Shown here piece after piece: positions 38,901 through 53,900 of a stretch of 64,000 bases of DNA; position 1 is the first letter of the stretch; the number at the start of each line of letters is the position of its first letter. Origin of the DNA: Antedon mediterranea (taxonomy: Eukaryota > Animalia > Echinodermata). A program made the position numbers and the translations under genes. The notes beneath the pieces were generated by a model, which made no database searches, was not told where the DNA came from, and was given only the letters and a program-made list of their open reading frames with translations. The stretch lies in assembly GCF_964355755.1 (NCBI RefSeq), contig NC_092679.1, positions 12,011,432 to 12,075,431 on the forward strand, given 5' to 3'.

Positions 38901-41900
38901 GGGCTCAGTTATGATCAGTGGTTGTGATGTACTAGTACACCAGGGTAACACCTCTACTCGAAAGATGTACTAGGTTCTTTAATATGCCAATGAGCTAGCT
39001 GTGTACACTGGTAGTCCTTATCTGAGAAGACTCATTCTACCACCAAAACCATATGCCCTTGTCAAAGTTATGGCTATGTAATTACTTTGTTCCACCGTCT
39101 TATAAATTAAATTGATCAATTAAACTACAATAAACTGGATTTTCTATATCTTGGTATAAACAAATTGTACCATTGCCCTTTTTCCAGCATACTAGCATAT
39201 TACAAAAAGGCAAAATTAACTAATATTTTGGTATAGCAACCATTTTCTTCATTGTGAAAATGACTAAATTTTAGTTTCATATCTTGTAATTTTAAAGAAT
39301 ATATTCCATAATGCTTTACTGTTATCAGAAATAACTGGTGTTATCATAAATGTGAGTACTCTTTAAAAACTTATTTTGTATTCAATTGTAGACATTTTAA
39401 ATTGAAAATAGCAAATGAAAAGGTAGTGACTAAAGTTTTACCAACTACTGTACTATTGTGCTATTTAAAAAAGAGAGTTGTTCTAATAACAATCGATGAA
39501 ACATAGAATATGTTAGAAAATTTTAAATGAATTTAGTAGATTAATGTGTAAACCATAAGATATAAAACGTGTTATTTGTGTGGTAAAAATGGTGAAGTTG
39601 AAAAAGTATTAAGAATAGAGATCCATAACAAAAAAGCATTTAAATAAAAATATAAGCCGCATTGCATAACTATAGGTCAGCTCAAAAAATCGTTATCATG
39701 TTATATCAACATGATTGATGCTAGCTGGGTATCACCAAGAAAACAACACAAATACATAACCTAAACACAGATTGTCTATTGAGTACAAAATGTTATAAGG
39801 CAATTAAATTAAGAGTATAAAAAAATACTATCTAATTGGCCAGCAGACACTAATGCTTAGTCCCCAAAAGGCTTTGAAATCTTTTTGAAAATCTTTCTAA
39901 ATCCAGAAATATCCTTTTTTCACTTTTTGCCTTTCAAAAACAAAAATGATTAAATATTTATCTGTCCACAAAAAAATACAACTGCTAAACTAATCTACAA
40001 TTTATCACAAAACAAAGGATGAATAACAAACTAACACTATGTTCAGATTCCTGGTGTCAAGTTATCGTTATGTATGTGGCGTACATATTATTATGTCTTA
40101 ACTAGGTCGCGGATTAGCATTGGAACAAGACATTGCCACTAATCAGATGTTATGAAACCTCAGTAGCACATGACACATGGTTTATGCAACATCAAGAAAT
40201 CACCACGAAATGTGTTGTACACTAACTTCAAAGAGATTCCTGTATATATTAAGAATTACTAAAGAATGCAACATTTTTTGTTGTTTTTAGTTTCATGGTT
40301 GCATTTCTCATGGTTTTCACAAGCGCCTTGAGCACTTTGTGGATATGTGCGCTCAATAAATCTTATTATTATTATTAAGAATTTAATTGCAAGAAATACT
40401 ATTTTAGTGAATCTGAAAATTGTGAACTCTCCCGACTAGTCACAACTTTATGCTGGTAAAACTTGTGATTTGCCAGTATTTTTAATACGAATATAAATCT
40501 GACAAATATCCATGGTACACATGAAATGTGCATTTGAATAAAAACTCAGAAAAAGACATCATTTTTGGTATGAAACATACAATATATCTCAATAAAAATT
40601 CATCCCAACACAAGAAACCATGTTTGGGAAAGAGAGTCCAGGAATATCCAAGCTGGCCTTTACAATTCAAGGCAGAGTACCATCAATGTAGAAAACATTA
40701 TTTGTTATTAAATGGTTAAAATGACAAAATTTGAAATGGTTTAACATATGACATTTTTCTAGACTTGCACTATGGTGATATTCCATTTAACCTATCTGAA
40801 TTATGGCCATGAGTAGTAAAGTTGTTGTTCTTAGTTAAGAAAAGGTAAAAAGGAGTTAGTATTAATTATTAATTTAATCTAAAATGATTTAAAATCTCAA
40901 TATAATCTATGCTAAAAACATAAAATTGATGTTGTAAACAAAAATTTGGATGTGAAGACGAAAAAAAACCCTTGTTTTGAATGAGGATTTTCAATACTTA
41001 CGTGAACATAAGATAGTTTGAAGGGTTTGCCATCCTATGGAATGTGGTGGAAAGTGTTATCAACTAAGCTTGAAGGAGGGGATATTTCTTAAAGTTATTT
41101 TAAAACACAGAAAGGAAGATTACATAAAGAAGGTGCAAGAATGTCCTAATGTGCATTTAATAAACATAGATGCTTCATTAAGACAAAGATTTATTGTGCA
41201 GTATCTTATAATATGTTGGAGCACCAATCATATTGGAAGCATAGCTCAATTGTAATAAATCACAGAAAGGAATAGAATCATTATCCATCATAACTGGTTG
41301 TTATCTTGTACATATTGGCCAACATTTAAACACATTTTGCTTTGAATATTTCCCAAATTAACAAAGCAAAAACTACTTGAATATCTTTGCAGTTTCCATT
41401 GGCGAAATCACACTTAAGGCCAATTTATATAGACAAACGGTAACAGTAAACGTTAAACAGAAAATAGGCGGTCGAGTGGATACAAATAGATACAGATTTT
41501 ACATGGAATAAGCTACACGCTTTTCTTTTTACTACTAGAGCTCATCTGTGTAATTGGCATTTAGGCAAAGAATAACTTACATTTAAATACAATTCTTCCA
41601 TCCATCATACAACTTTTTAATTAATTCAATAGTTTAGTGAAACATGTTGGTGTTATAAAGTTTTCCACGTATGTGGTTTATGAAAAGACATGTTGAGTGT
41701 TTCATCGTTCTGAAACTCAGCAGTTGTTTTGAGAACTACATACGTGGTGTACGGCAAACTTTATATCAACATATTGATAAAACTAGACATTTTCTTAAGG
41801 TCCTTAATTATTTTTAAACATTCAGTTAAAAAAATCATGAGAATGTTCAGTTTTGTGGGAGATTAAACAGTATTTTTATTTCGATGCTGAAATGAACACA

Positions 41901-44900
41901 CAGTAATAGCAACAATGAAAAAGATTAAATACCTCAGTTTGAATACTTTGTAATCTCTGTTCATATTCATATTTGGTCCTTTCAAGCTCTGATTTAGTCT
42001 CGTACAACTGTTGTTGCATTGATTTTAATGCACTCATCGCATCGTCCTAAAATTAAAGCATTTATATAACAGATATCATATTCTTGTGTTCATCAAGATA
42101 CTTGCAGATAAAATAAAAATTTAACATTTTTTAAATGTAATCTACAAAGGGTTCTCAAGAATACGGAATGTCCATAATTAATATGAAAATTCAGTTCAAT
42201 TTAAACGGAGATAAACACAAAATAATCTACAAACTACAAAATTATAATTTGGCGTAATGAGAAACACTAATGCGTTAAATACAATAATTCCAGGTTTTTC
42301 ACATTTTCACATCCACGTCAAACCTTCTGTTTTCATAATGCTACATATGTCAAGTCAAAGGTTGTTAATTCAACATATTACATATTATTATTATCTTATT
42401 GTGAAGAAAACAAACAAGCATTACCCTCTCAACTGTTGTTGCTTCCAACTCCCGATCTTTTCTATCAAGTTGGCTTTGAAACTCATCACATTCTGAAACA
42501 AGAAAACATAGAAAATCAATCAAGTGTAAAAATACGTTTCTTTGGGAGAGTACACCTCTATTATGGGGACACTTTATTAGATCTTGAAGGCATCCCTATA
42601 ATAGGGGTTCTACTGTATGCCTTTATACTCATCACTTGATTTCATTCTGGAAATTTGTTTCATAAACAGCAGAACCTCTATTAAGAGGACACCTTCAAGA
42701 CAAAAATGTGTTCACCTTACTGGTGAACTTTCTCCTGAATAGGAAATTAAAACATGCAGTATATTTCCCTTATTTGTGTCTAAAGGAGGGGTTGTACTGT
42801 ACAATGTGTATATCCTCAGCTATGGTTGGTAAATGGCAGATCACAAAAAACAGCAATGGATTTAGACAGGCTTAAGGCTAAGCCTGGATATCTTTCAATT
42901 GCAAAAAGTCCTGCTGTTATGATAAACAACCATTTTTTAGCCATTACTTGATGATGTGTAATTAAAATTTCTCAGCATGACTCTCAAATTGTTTGCATAA
43001 ATTATATTGTTTGTCTGAAGGTTAGTGAGGTTATTCATAAAGTTTCTCACAATTAATTTTATTACTATAATATAAGGCCTTCTTCACATTGATGGTGTTA
43101 CAGCATTTTAGCAAACAGTGTATATTTTGTGTCTGTATGTAAAAAGTGTTCTGAATTACGAAACTTCCGTTTTAAAGATTGCTTTGTGTCATATTTTTCT
43201 CTGTGGATTACAATTTGACTTTTATGCTACCAGTGCTATTCTAATATGCTATAACTTCAATACCCAGACAACCATTGTTACCTAAAAACCACTATATATG
43301 GTGTTAAAATCAATTTTGATTGTTTGTTTGTTTGTTTGTTCTTTCTTTAAACTGAAATACACTTTCAATACAAATGTACTGATTTCCAAAGTGGTTCAGT
43401 AAACATATTAACAACAAAAATAAAATATAAAAGAAAAACAAAAAGAAAGAAAACAGATGTAAAACTATTTACAATTGTGAAGGCAAAAAGGTTAATACAT
43501 ATATGTTTTCTATCGTGAAGATTTATAAGTTGCCAAGACAGTTCTGATTTTATGTTATTTGGTAGAGAATTCCATAGTTTTGTTGATCTATAAACAAAAG
43601 TTCTTTTACTCTGAGAGTTATTCCATAACGGAATAGATAAATCCTTATTACTTTGAAAGCGAGTGCATTTATTATGGTTATCTACAGTAAATTGAAATAA
43701 TATAAGTATCTTGGAGCTATTTCTTTTAAACATTTAAATAGCTTTATAAGAATATTTTCATTCCATTTTTCTGTAGGTCTACTCACTCAAGAGTACTTAA
43801 GATATCATTAATAGGGGTATACATGTCTACAGATAACAATATTCTACCTAATCTGTTGAATAAAACCTGAAGAGAATCTGAAAAACTTATGTTACAATTG
43901 GACCAAACACAGCAACAATAATCAAATAATGGAATAATTAAAGCATTTGCTAACATTTTTAAAGTATACATAGGAAGATACATCTTAATACGACGAATCA
44001 CACCGATACGTTTAGCTATTTTACAAGATATTTTGTCTATATGTTCCTTCCAATTTAGTTGAGGATAAAAAATGATACCTAAATACTTAAAAAGAATCAA
44101 CTCTTTCAATAGTGTCGTTTCCGATTTCTGATTTGTGCTGAAAACCCCAATCATTTTTATAGATATAACTTACTTTGCTGCATTTCTTTCGCCTGTTTTT
44201 TACGCACAACATCTTGATTAATAACTTTTTCTATAATTGTTTTAAAGTTAAAATCTACGACAGATACATCAGGGTCATGGCCATCTTCATGTTGGAGGAC
44301 AATCTGTTGAATGAGCATGTCTACTAATGCCCACATATGCGCACTCTGTGACACTGAGCCATCTGAAATAAACGGTTTAAAAAAGTTTATAATGGATAAT
44401 AGACAGATCATACAAGGTAGAATACATACATAACATATGTAGAATAGACATATCATGCAAGGGAAGAATAGACATATCATTTAATGGGAGAATAGACAGA
44501 TTATGCAAAGGAAGAATAGACATATCATGCAAGGGAAGAATAGACATATCATTTAATGGGAGAATAGACAGATTATGCAAAGGAAGAATAGACATATCAT
44601 TTAATGGGAGAATAGACAGATTATGCAAAGGAAAAATAGACATATCATGCTATGCAAGGGAAGAATAGATGTATCATGCAAGGGGAAAATAGACAGATCA
44701 TGCAAGGGAAGAATAGTTAGATCATTTAAAGGGGAGAATAGACAGATTTTGCAAGGGGAGAATAGACAGTCAATTCAATTTAGAGAGATCATGAATAATT
44801 TTTGGATTCTAATATTGGTATTTGAAAAAAACTTTAAAAATCCACTTAAGTGAGAAGCAACTTGTCAGCATTGGTTAGTTGCATTGATTTCCAGAAAAAA

Positions 44901-47900
44901 ATTGATTTATACAACCACAAGAAACTCGACTAAACTATTTATATCTCCTTTAAGTTAAGTTTGAATAAAATATACTTACTTGGAAGGAGTAAGAAGTGTT
45001 CTAGTATGGACATAAGGTGTGGATAAGCCTGTGTGTGTGAGATCTTGCGAGTAATAACTTCAAACATAGTATTAGCATTCCTTGAGTCAATATGGATCTA
45101 AAAGTGTTATATAATAACAATTACAAAATGGTAATAATTCTACTAAATAACAAGAAAATATTTTATTGCTTTATAGAAGTATATTAAGTCTTTAATTAAT
45201 TTTATTTAGTTTTTTTTTTACTGTATATAGAGTCAACTCAGTGTTTAGCTTTCTGGTATCGCATTCTCACAATATCCCTTATTACTTGGCAACAACACAA
45301 GCGTTTAATTTACGGCCTTTAATTTAATGGTTTATTAGACCTTAGACATACTTCATTTTCAACCAAAACATTACTTCCGAATATTTTATTTATAGATCTA
45401 AAAAATGCATGATTTGACAGGCTGGCGCTGCTAGCAATCTCTAAGGCGGGGCTAGATAGGCTTAATTGTGTATTTAATTATCCTAAGCACTGACAAACTT
45501 AACTTTAAATGAATGTATGAAATAGGTAGCAATGTAAAAATAATGATTTTTAAAGTTATGCTTACCATTTCATATCTCTTGGCCAATTCACGCTCATCTT
45601 CATTCCGAACAAGATCAAAGATATCCAAATGTCTACAAAAAAAGTAAAAGTCAAATTGATTATAATTAGTCACACAGTTTGAATTACTAGGAAGAGCTAC
45701 TGTTTTCCTCTCACCATTTGGTATTTTAAATTTAAAATGTATGATAGTTATAAATACAAAGGTATGAGTTATCTTGTAAATACATGATAGATGTAATTGT
45801 ATTTACAAAATTGAAAACAATATTGATAATTATTACAAGTTTTATATGTTTTCTTACTTTTTTGAAACATATATAATGACCCAAAGTGACCTACCTGTCT
45901 AATGTTGCATTATCATGCGTTTTTAATTTATCAATGATCGGTTGAATACCAAGCATTAAAAATTCATAACGAAGATGAATTCTGAACTCGAGGTTGTCCT
46001 GAAAGAATAAAATATGTAACAATATTATTTACATAAACAACATTTATGCGAGATACTAATAATAGTTTGGGGGGGGGGGGTGGTGGGTCTTGAAGTTGAT
46101 ATAAATAAAACATCATTTCAGGTTTTACGGTATCTTCAAGTCTGTTATCTATGACAACGTTGCTTAAAATACAGTTTCACTAGTACAGCACAATATTCCA
46201 ATTTTAGCTTTTAAATATGAAAATAATTGATACAGTAAAAATAAATTATTGAAATTAATAAAGGACAAGGTTGATAGTCAATATAAATCACTTTCTCTAT
46301 TATTACATATTTTTTTCTCAACAAAAACAAAATTCTCTCTAAAAGATTGTATGTTGTACATGTACACATATCCAATGTATTGCAATCCTCATTACAACTT
46401 GGTGTTAGTTTAAGCTGAGTTGGGTGTATAATAATAGGTCATTCTTATTATAGTGCTTCATGCCCAAAGCCTCTAAGGGTTTCACAATTTTACCCTGGTT
46501 ATTTTTTGATCAAACAAAAATGGAAACATATTCCCATAATGCAACCTTAGTGCAGTAGTGTTATCAGTTACCCATTTGTACAGTTGGGTGGAGAGAGGCA
46601 AACAAAAGTAAAGTGTTTTGCCTAAAGAAACAAGCAATGGAACGAACGTTGAACTCCTGATCTCGCGATCAGTAGTCCAACGTCCAAGACACTGTGCCAC
46701 ATGCTCTTGTTGGATGTGTTGCAGGCTTTTAAAGAATTCTTTACAATGTAGAAGACAAATGTTAACGGTTTTATATTTATATTCAGAATATTTATTTCAT
46801 TTATAATTTCAACAAAGGCCTTACCTCTCCTGTTCTGTATCGAATGATAGCATTAATGAATGACATGATGGAAGTTTTAAGATTAACTTCCTCACGATAC
46901 CGCCCTGTGCTCCTATCAAGATCATTCACTAAGGTCTGGGGAGTAAAAATATATTATTTATTTTATTGTTCAACTGATGTGCCTGGAAACAGCTATATTT
47001 AAAACAAAACATGTACATAACTGTGCAAGATATCATGGATAGAAGAACATAATACATTCATCTGGCAAAATATTCATGTTAGCTAAAACTAGCCATTTTA
47101 ACTTTTATGTAACTTAAATTACGATAACTGTCTTCTACTCAAAATCATTCTAAAGTTATGGGGAAACAATCATGGCATGACTTTTAAGGGCAGAAGGGCT
47201 TCCTCTAGAACAGAGGTGAGGAGTACTGTAACATACTGGAGAATATCAGGGCTATGACCAATATTAATACTAAAATTGATGAATAATCACAATAATATTA
47301 TGTTGATGCTGATAATATGTATTCAATGGACTGAAACTGCTTGCATGAAAATATGTTTCAGGTTTGACTTTATAGATTTTATTCACTGGTTTGTATAAAA
47401 CACCTAAAAGAAAATAATATATATTTGATATGTGAATTATATAAACGAGCATATTTGTTTATAGTTTACCTGAAATCGTGTTCTTTCACAGGCATACTTT
47501 TGAAAATGTGTCATTGCTTCTAGAACTTTCTTTTGTCCTCCTGGTACAAGGCACATGCCTCCCAGCATCTCCATCACTGCTATTTTAGTCTTAATATTCT
47601 CAGTGCTTAAACTTTGTGTAATAATCTTGATACCGGTTGGATGAGCTAACACATGTGATCTACCAAGCTAGAAAATTTAAACAGAATACATTTACAAATA
47701 TTTGTTTTTGTAATTGATGACATCAATGAATTTAACACAGTATCAGAAACCTTTGGAAACCACTTTTGAGAGGATACATTCCTGTGAAACGACAAACAGT
47801 AAATAATTTTTAACACTACATCCAACCCCTATTCAGGGGACGCCTCTATTGAGGGGACATTTCCTGAAAAACCACAAAGGGAAGACGTGTTATAACTACA

Positions 47901-50900
47901 TGGCCAACCCCTATTCAGTGGACACCGCCCTTTAAGGGATATTTCAAGAAACCACTATTGTGTTACTGTATAACAACAAGGCCAACCCCTATTCAGAGGA
48001 CACCACTATTGTGGGGACATTTCCTGAGAAACGAGAAGGGAAGACGTGTTATAACAGCATGGTCAGGGAAAATTCTTATTAAGGTGACACAGGGTAAACT
48101 TAACTAATTGTATTTGTTTAATTGCATGTATGGTTATATGTTTGTAGAATCAGTCTTTCCCAACGAATAAACTCTAGTAACCTCATTTTGTTGGACCATA
48201 CCTTTATTTGGCACATGGTTGAATTAAGGGAATATCCTTGCCAATTTTATGGGTTAGCAACGTTTGTTAAATTGAAAGGTTTTCAGTTTAAATTTGTGTT
48301 TTATATTTAATTTCATTTAATTTTCAATTTATTTTTAACACAATTGTATTGTACCAAATAATTTCCAAAGTTGAGATTGTCAACATGCTCTTGGGGGACA
48401 TAGACTGTATTTGAAAAACTTGTGCAAAATAAATGGTTATGAAAGTATATATCAAGAGTATAGAAAATTGTGTCATTCTCAGTATGTCTTTTGTTTTAAA
48501 ACTTATCAGTTCAAACTATGTATATGACCCACATTTTCTTGTTCTGGTAATCAGTTTAAGATTGTCTTTAAAGTTTTGAAATTCCTACAAACAAGTTCGA
48601 GTTAAAACAATTGAACTAAGTTGAAAGCAATCCCACAAACCAATCAAAGCCTAATAGTAGAGCAATCAGGAAGTCCCTTACTTATTAAAACAATGTGTTT
48701 AAATGATCAATGTTTTAGTGATACACCAGACAATTTGTATATTTTGACAAGACTTTGGATGTCTCAAGAGGTATTTGTAAATAAACACACATCTATCACA
48801 TACATTCATTTGTCTAGATCGAAATATTCTAAAAGCTTTATGAGCAGAGCATTTGCTAAAACAATCAAACTGTATTTTTATTATGGAATTTAATTAACAC
48901 TAAATTTAAAATTCAGACATTTCAGCATTTGCTGTTTAATAATCTTTTAGGTTAAAATACTGTTATATATAAAAAATATTTCCTATGATAACAAAACCAC
49001 ACATGGTTCATGTTTAAAACTTACTGAATTATTCATAAGAGCTTTAACACAGCCAATGGCTGAGGTATGTATGGAGCTTTCAGTAACTTCAAAATCCATT
49101 TTCTGTAGGAAATCTAACAGCACTGATAGGCCATCCAGCTCAATGAATCTGGTCACAAATCTGTTAAGAATAATGTTTAAACATTGTTTATTTTTTTTAC
49201 TATTTCTATTTATTTTAATATATCCACAAATCACAGAAAGAAACTAATTGCTTGGGATTTACATAACAATCAAAATTGCACTGATCAATATAAAGACAAA
49301 AACAAATTTACCAATTAGATATAAAAAATATATGGTTAAATTACTAATTATAAAAATGACGGTACGCATATGCACTTATAAATATATATATAAAAAAACT
49401 CATTAACAATTTATTTATATTCTGTCTATTGATATAACAAAATAAGATGACAGTTGCAGAATACATTTTGCTATCACTATAAATTATCTACCATACATTT
49501 AGCCTCCCCCTATGCAACACCTTTCATACATAAATACCTCTCCCATACAAGACAATCGTTTAAATTGTCTCTTTGGAGGTTGGTAAGCTGATATTAGCAA
49601 GTTTTTCTTCTCAAAATTATTCTACTGCAGTTTCTGCAGTAATCCTTTGTTTGTTAATGCAATTTATTATTGGGGGGGGGGGGTAATTATATGGTACACA
49701 TTGTTTATTGCAGTAGTGCCTTATAAATTCTACATTTTTAATCATACATTAAAAATAAATAACAGTAACAAATTTAGTTAATGCAGTATAAATTGTAAAG
49801 TAATTTTGACTTTATCGCTACCTCATTGGTTGAGTTCTTAAAGCAGTTTTCAGGCTGTCAACCATTTTTGTTCTTGAATCAATATCTTCTTCTCCATGAC
49901 TTAACATCACCATCTATAGAGGAAAAGAATTATAAAACATTTAGTTGCTGTTTTCAATCTGGCAAAATAAGGTGTTCTTGGGTGGGTTCAATAATGTGTA
50001 CATTGATCACATAACTTACTGTTGTCATTGATCTTAATTTATCTAGGTATGATGCGATGGGTGGGTTCAATAATGTGTACATTGATCACATAACTTACTG
50101 TTGTCATTGATCTTAATTTATCTAGGTATGATGCGATGGGTGGGTTCAATAATGTGTACATTGATCACATAACTTACTGTTGTCATTGATCTTAATTTAT
50201 CTAGGTATGATGCGATGGGTGGGTTCAATAATGTGTACATTGATCACATAACTTACTGTTGTCATTGATCTTAATTTATCTAGGTAGGGTGCGGTGGGTG
50301 GGTTCAATAATGTGTACATTGATCACATAACTTACTGTTGTCATTGATCTTAATTTATCTAGGTAGGGTTCAGGCCATGAAGCTGAGTTTGGATCATCTT
50401 GTTCCTGTAAAAACATAATACAAATTGTAAGTATACATTTGTTGCAAGAATTGTGATAACATTTTTAATATACAATATTTCTTTCCAATAATTTTTCTGA
50501 TATGTTCCTGATACTTTTCCTATAAGTATGTTTAATTGTGTATATGTTATATGTTGGCATGGTACATCATGAAATGTATTTAATTAGCAGTCCATGCTTT
50601 GTGATTTAATGTTGTTGTAACAAATGTATAGTATTCATCAAAACAGGATATGTAGTTTGTCACGTAGCTTCACATTATTGTACACCTAAGCCATAATGAA
50701 CCATCCGAGGATGACACTATCATTTATCATGTTCGTTGCAGGAGAGTGCATTTGATAACTACTTCCTCTGCAAAATGATTCATTATCAATGTTGACAGAC
50801 TGGTTTGAATTAATATCATAACTAAATGTAACTGGATACAAGTGGAAATAATAAAACACTTCAACTTGGTGATGTAAGTTCACACAGGTCAAATTTTACA

Positions 50901-53900
50901 CAGAACCCTTGGTAGACATTTATTAAATTCTTATAATAAAAAAAAGAATAAATCATACAAATAATGAATGTTTTATGAGTGGAATAATTGTTTCATGAGT
51001 TAAATAATCAAAGTATATCACTCAACAACTTAAAATGTTCGATCCCATCCATGAATACAAAACATTTATTATTTGTAAGACACAGTACATACTATACTTA
51101 AGGCCAAGCCCTAGGTCCTAAGAAAAATATGGCACTGAATTTGTCTGGGACGTAAAGCAAGGGAACAATACAGGTTGATTTTCAAGGCACAACATTCACC
51201 AATTCACAGCATTCACCAATTAAACAATCCTGAACGTCAAACCACCTAATTGTGAGGATATATCCTTATAGCTTACTTACTTTTAATTTACTTACTTAAC
51301 TTAATTTATTTAAAGATTTAATTTATTTTGTAGCGGTTTTTTTGTACAGAAATGTTATATTATTGAAGACACCTTCCCTACAATTTGTGACTTTGTGAAA
51401 ATAATACATATATATTAGTACTTTAAAAACATTAAACCAGGCCATTCCTTGTCTTAAATGTACGTTTTATGGTAAATTAGGATAAAAAGTGAGAAACAAT
51501 GCAATACCTAAGTAGCTCGCTGCGAAATGACCTCTCATGGACGGTCTTTAGGCCTAGCCTAGCTATGCTAACAGTTTTGTAGTCCTAGCTGGTAAACATT
51601 GGTAACGTATGAACATTGTACGCTAGCTATATACCTAGCCTGACGTTGTACAGTTGCTGCATTAATTGTCTTTCTATTTTTGCCAGACTCCGTTGATACA
51701 AATTGGGGAAAACCCGGTATTTTCGCTGAAAAGGAGTCTTCCATTTGTTTTGGCCTCACGATCGATTGAAAGGTGGGTGATTTAGAGAAGAAAAACAAAA
51801 TATCAATCCGCGCGCAATGCATTTTAGGATTTATAGCGGGCCGCTATAATTATTAGAATCTACTTATTTTTCACATTTTTAACCGTTTAAAGATGAAAAA
51901 AGTTATCGCAATAGAATAATATAGTATTATTTTTACATTAAATATAGTTTGTGATCTTAATAATTTTATTAATTGTAATAAACTGAATGAATGAATGAAA
52001 ATGAATAAAAGGGAATGAACATTGGTCTATAGAATTTTTATTTTCATGATTTACAATTTGTTTATGTTTATACCAAAGGCATTATTCTAACCAACTGTTT
52101 ACATTGACATAATAGACTTAATTACCGGTATGAAATAACCAAATCAGTAGCCAACTAGCTGTGTATATCCATAGAGATATTATAATATCTCTATGTTCAC
52201 TATAATCTCTACACTGTATGGTATATCTAGTGCTAACACTAACAACAGGCATGAATTAAGACATGTCAACTTTACACAGACTTTTATTACAAAAGTAATG
52301 GACTGGTGATATTCATGAGTACGCAATTTTATTTTAAAATTATAATTTAAATGGTTTCAAATATTAAAAATCTAACTGTAATGGAGATTGTATTAATGTT
52401 TACAGTACTATAGTGCATATTAATGTTTAATTTATTAGCAATTACCCGCTTCATGCATGACTAGATTAAATGGAATTAGCTTTAAAATCCTCATAATTAG
52501 CAAATCAATTATTAGTCCATCAGCTCTAATCTTTATTCATTATCATTTTCTGTATTTAACAAGTCATTAAACAAACTACTACTATACTATCTCAATTATT
52601 ATTCCAACCATTTAAGGACAATTTAAAACTTTTTTAACATGAAATGGTGATAATTAATTCTCATGTTCTGGTTTGTTGGTTAAGATCGATGAGATGGAAA
52701 GGAACTGGCCATACCTCATAATGCCGAGGCTTAGAACAATAATCTCCTAACACTAACAGCTCATTCCGAATGAGTCGTTAGAAGTCCCCTATGTTCAGAA
52801 TGAACATGGGACTCACCTTTACCTTTTTACACCTATATCACCGGTAATGCAATTTCTGATTTTGAATAAAATTAAATTAAATGACATTATTATCATTAAA
52901 AAACCAAAAAAGAAAGAAATGACTGATGAAATGATTTTATTTTGAGTAATTGCTGTAGGTAATTGCAATATGATCTTAGTTTATAAACAAACTACCCAAA
53001 GTGGTTTCCAAGAACACAATTCTTCTGGTGTTTTTCTTCAGAAACATGCCATAAGACACCTAATATCAGAATGGAGGAAGGTAATAAATAAACAATACTG
53101 CCAAAACACCTAATATTTCATAATGTGTATGTCATGACCTTGGCATTCAGTCTGACCTGGGTTGTTTCAAAACAACTAATACAGTATTCACAATCAGCTA
53201 AAGTGCCTTTCACACACATTACAGTACAAACAGAAGGAAACCAAATTAATTTTACAAAAGAATGAAGTAGATCGCAAAACCTTCACAATTCAGTTATTCA
53301 TAACTCGTTTGTAAACGCAATAATTCATTTATATGAAACCGACCAATTTTGTCACCTCCATAATTTTATGATATAAAATTTGACACATTTGTGATTCAAT
53401 TTATCCAACTATTTCCAAATCTCTTTTTAAACTCTCTCATATCCTTTCTTGACTCACAAGTTTTTTTTATACAATACAATATACAGCCTTGACAACATTG
53501 CAAAAATGGTTAACATCAACACTTTAAATAATATATAATAATACTAATACTAATAGCACTTTGCATAGCATCCTTGTTTATAGTTGCCAAAGCAACCATG
53601 TTGTCAAAATACACAGGTGCATACACTTTGTTGTTGTTACTGGCTAAATCTCCCAAGAATAACAATATAATGCTCTACAGAAAAATGAATCAAAATTTTT
53701 TCATTTAGAGACTGTGTAACAACAGGTACATTTAATACATTTGTGGTGGCACTACTAATCTGTGAAGAAGCTTGTGGCCTATTTTGCCAATCCTTAGCTA
53801 AATCAAGCCTTTTGGTTATTCTTTATTTGACAAAATTAATATTTAAAAAACAATAAAAATAAATTTTCAATTTCTGTATAGTACAATATTTAGGATACGA

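Noticed and set aside
44377-44853. ORFs with 8-aa repeats (MSILPLHD)
   Set aside because: They result from a 24-bp intronic minisatellite.
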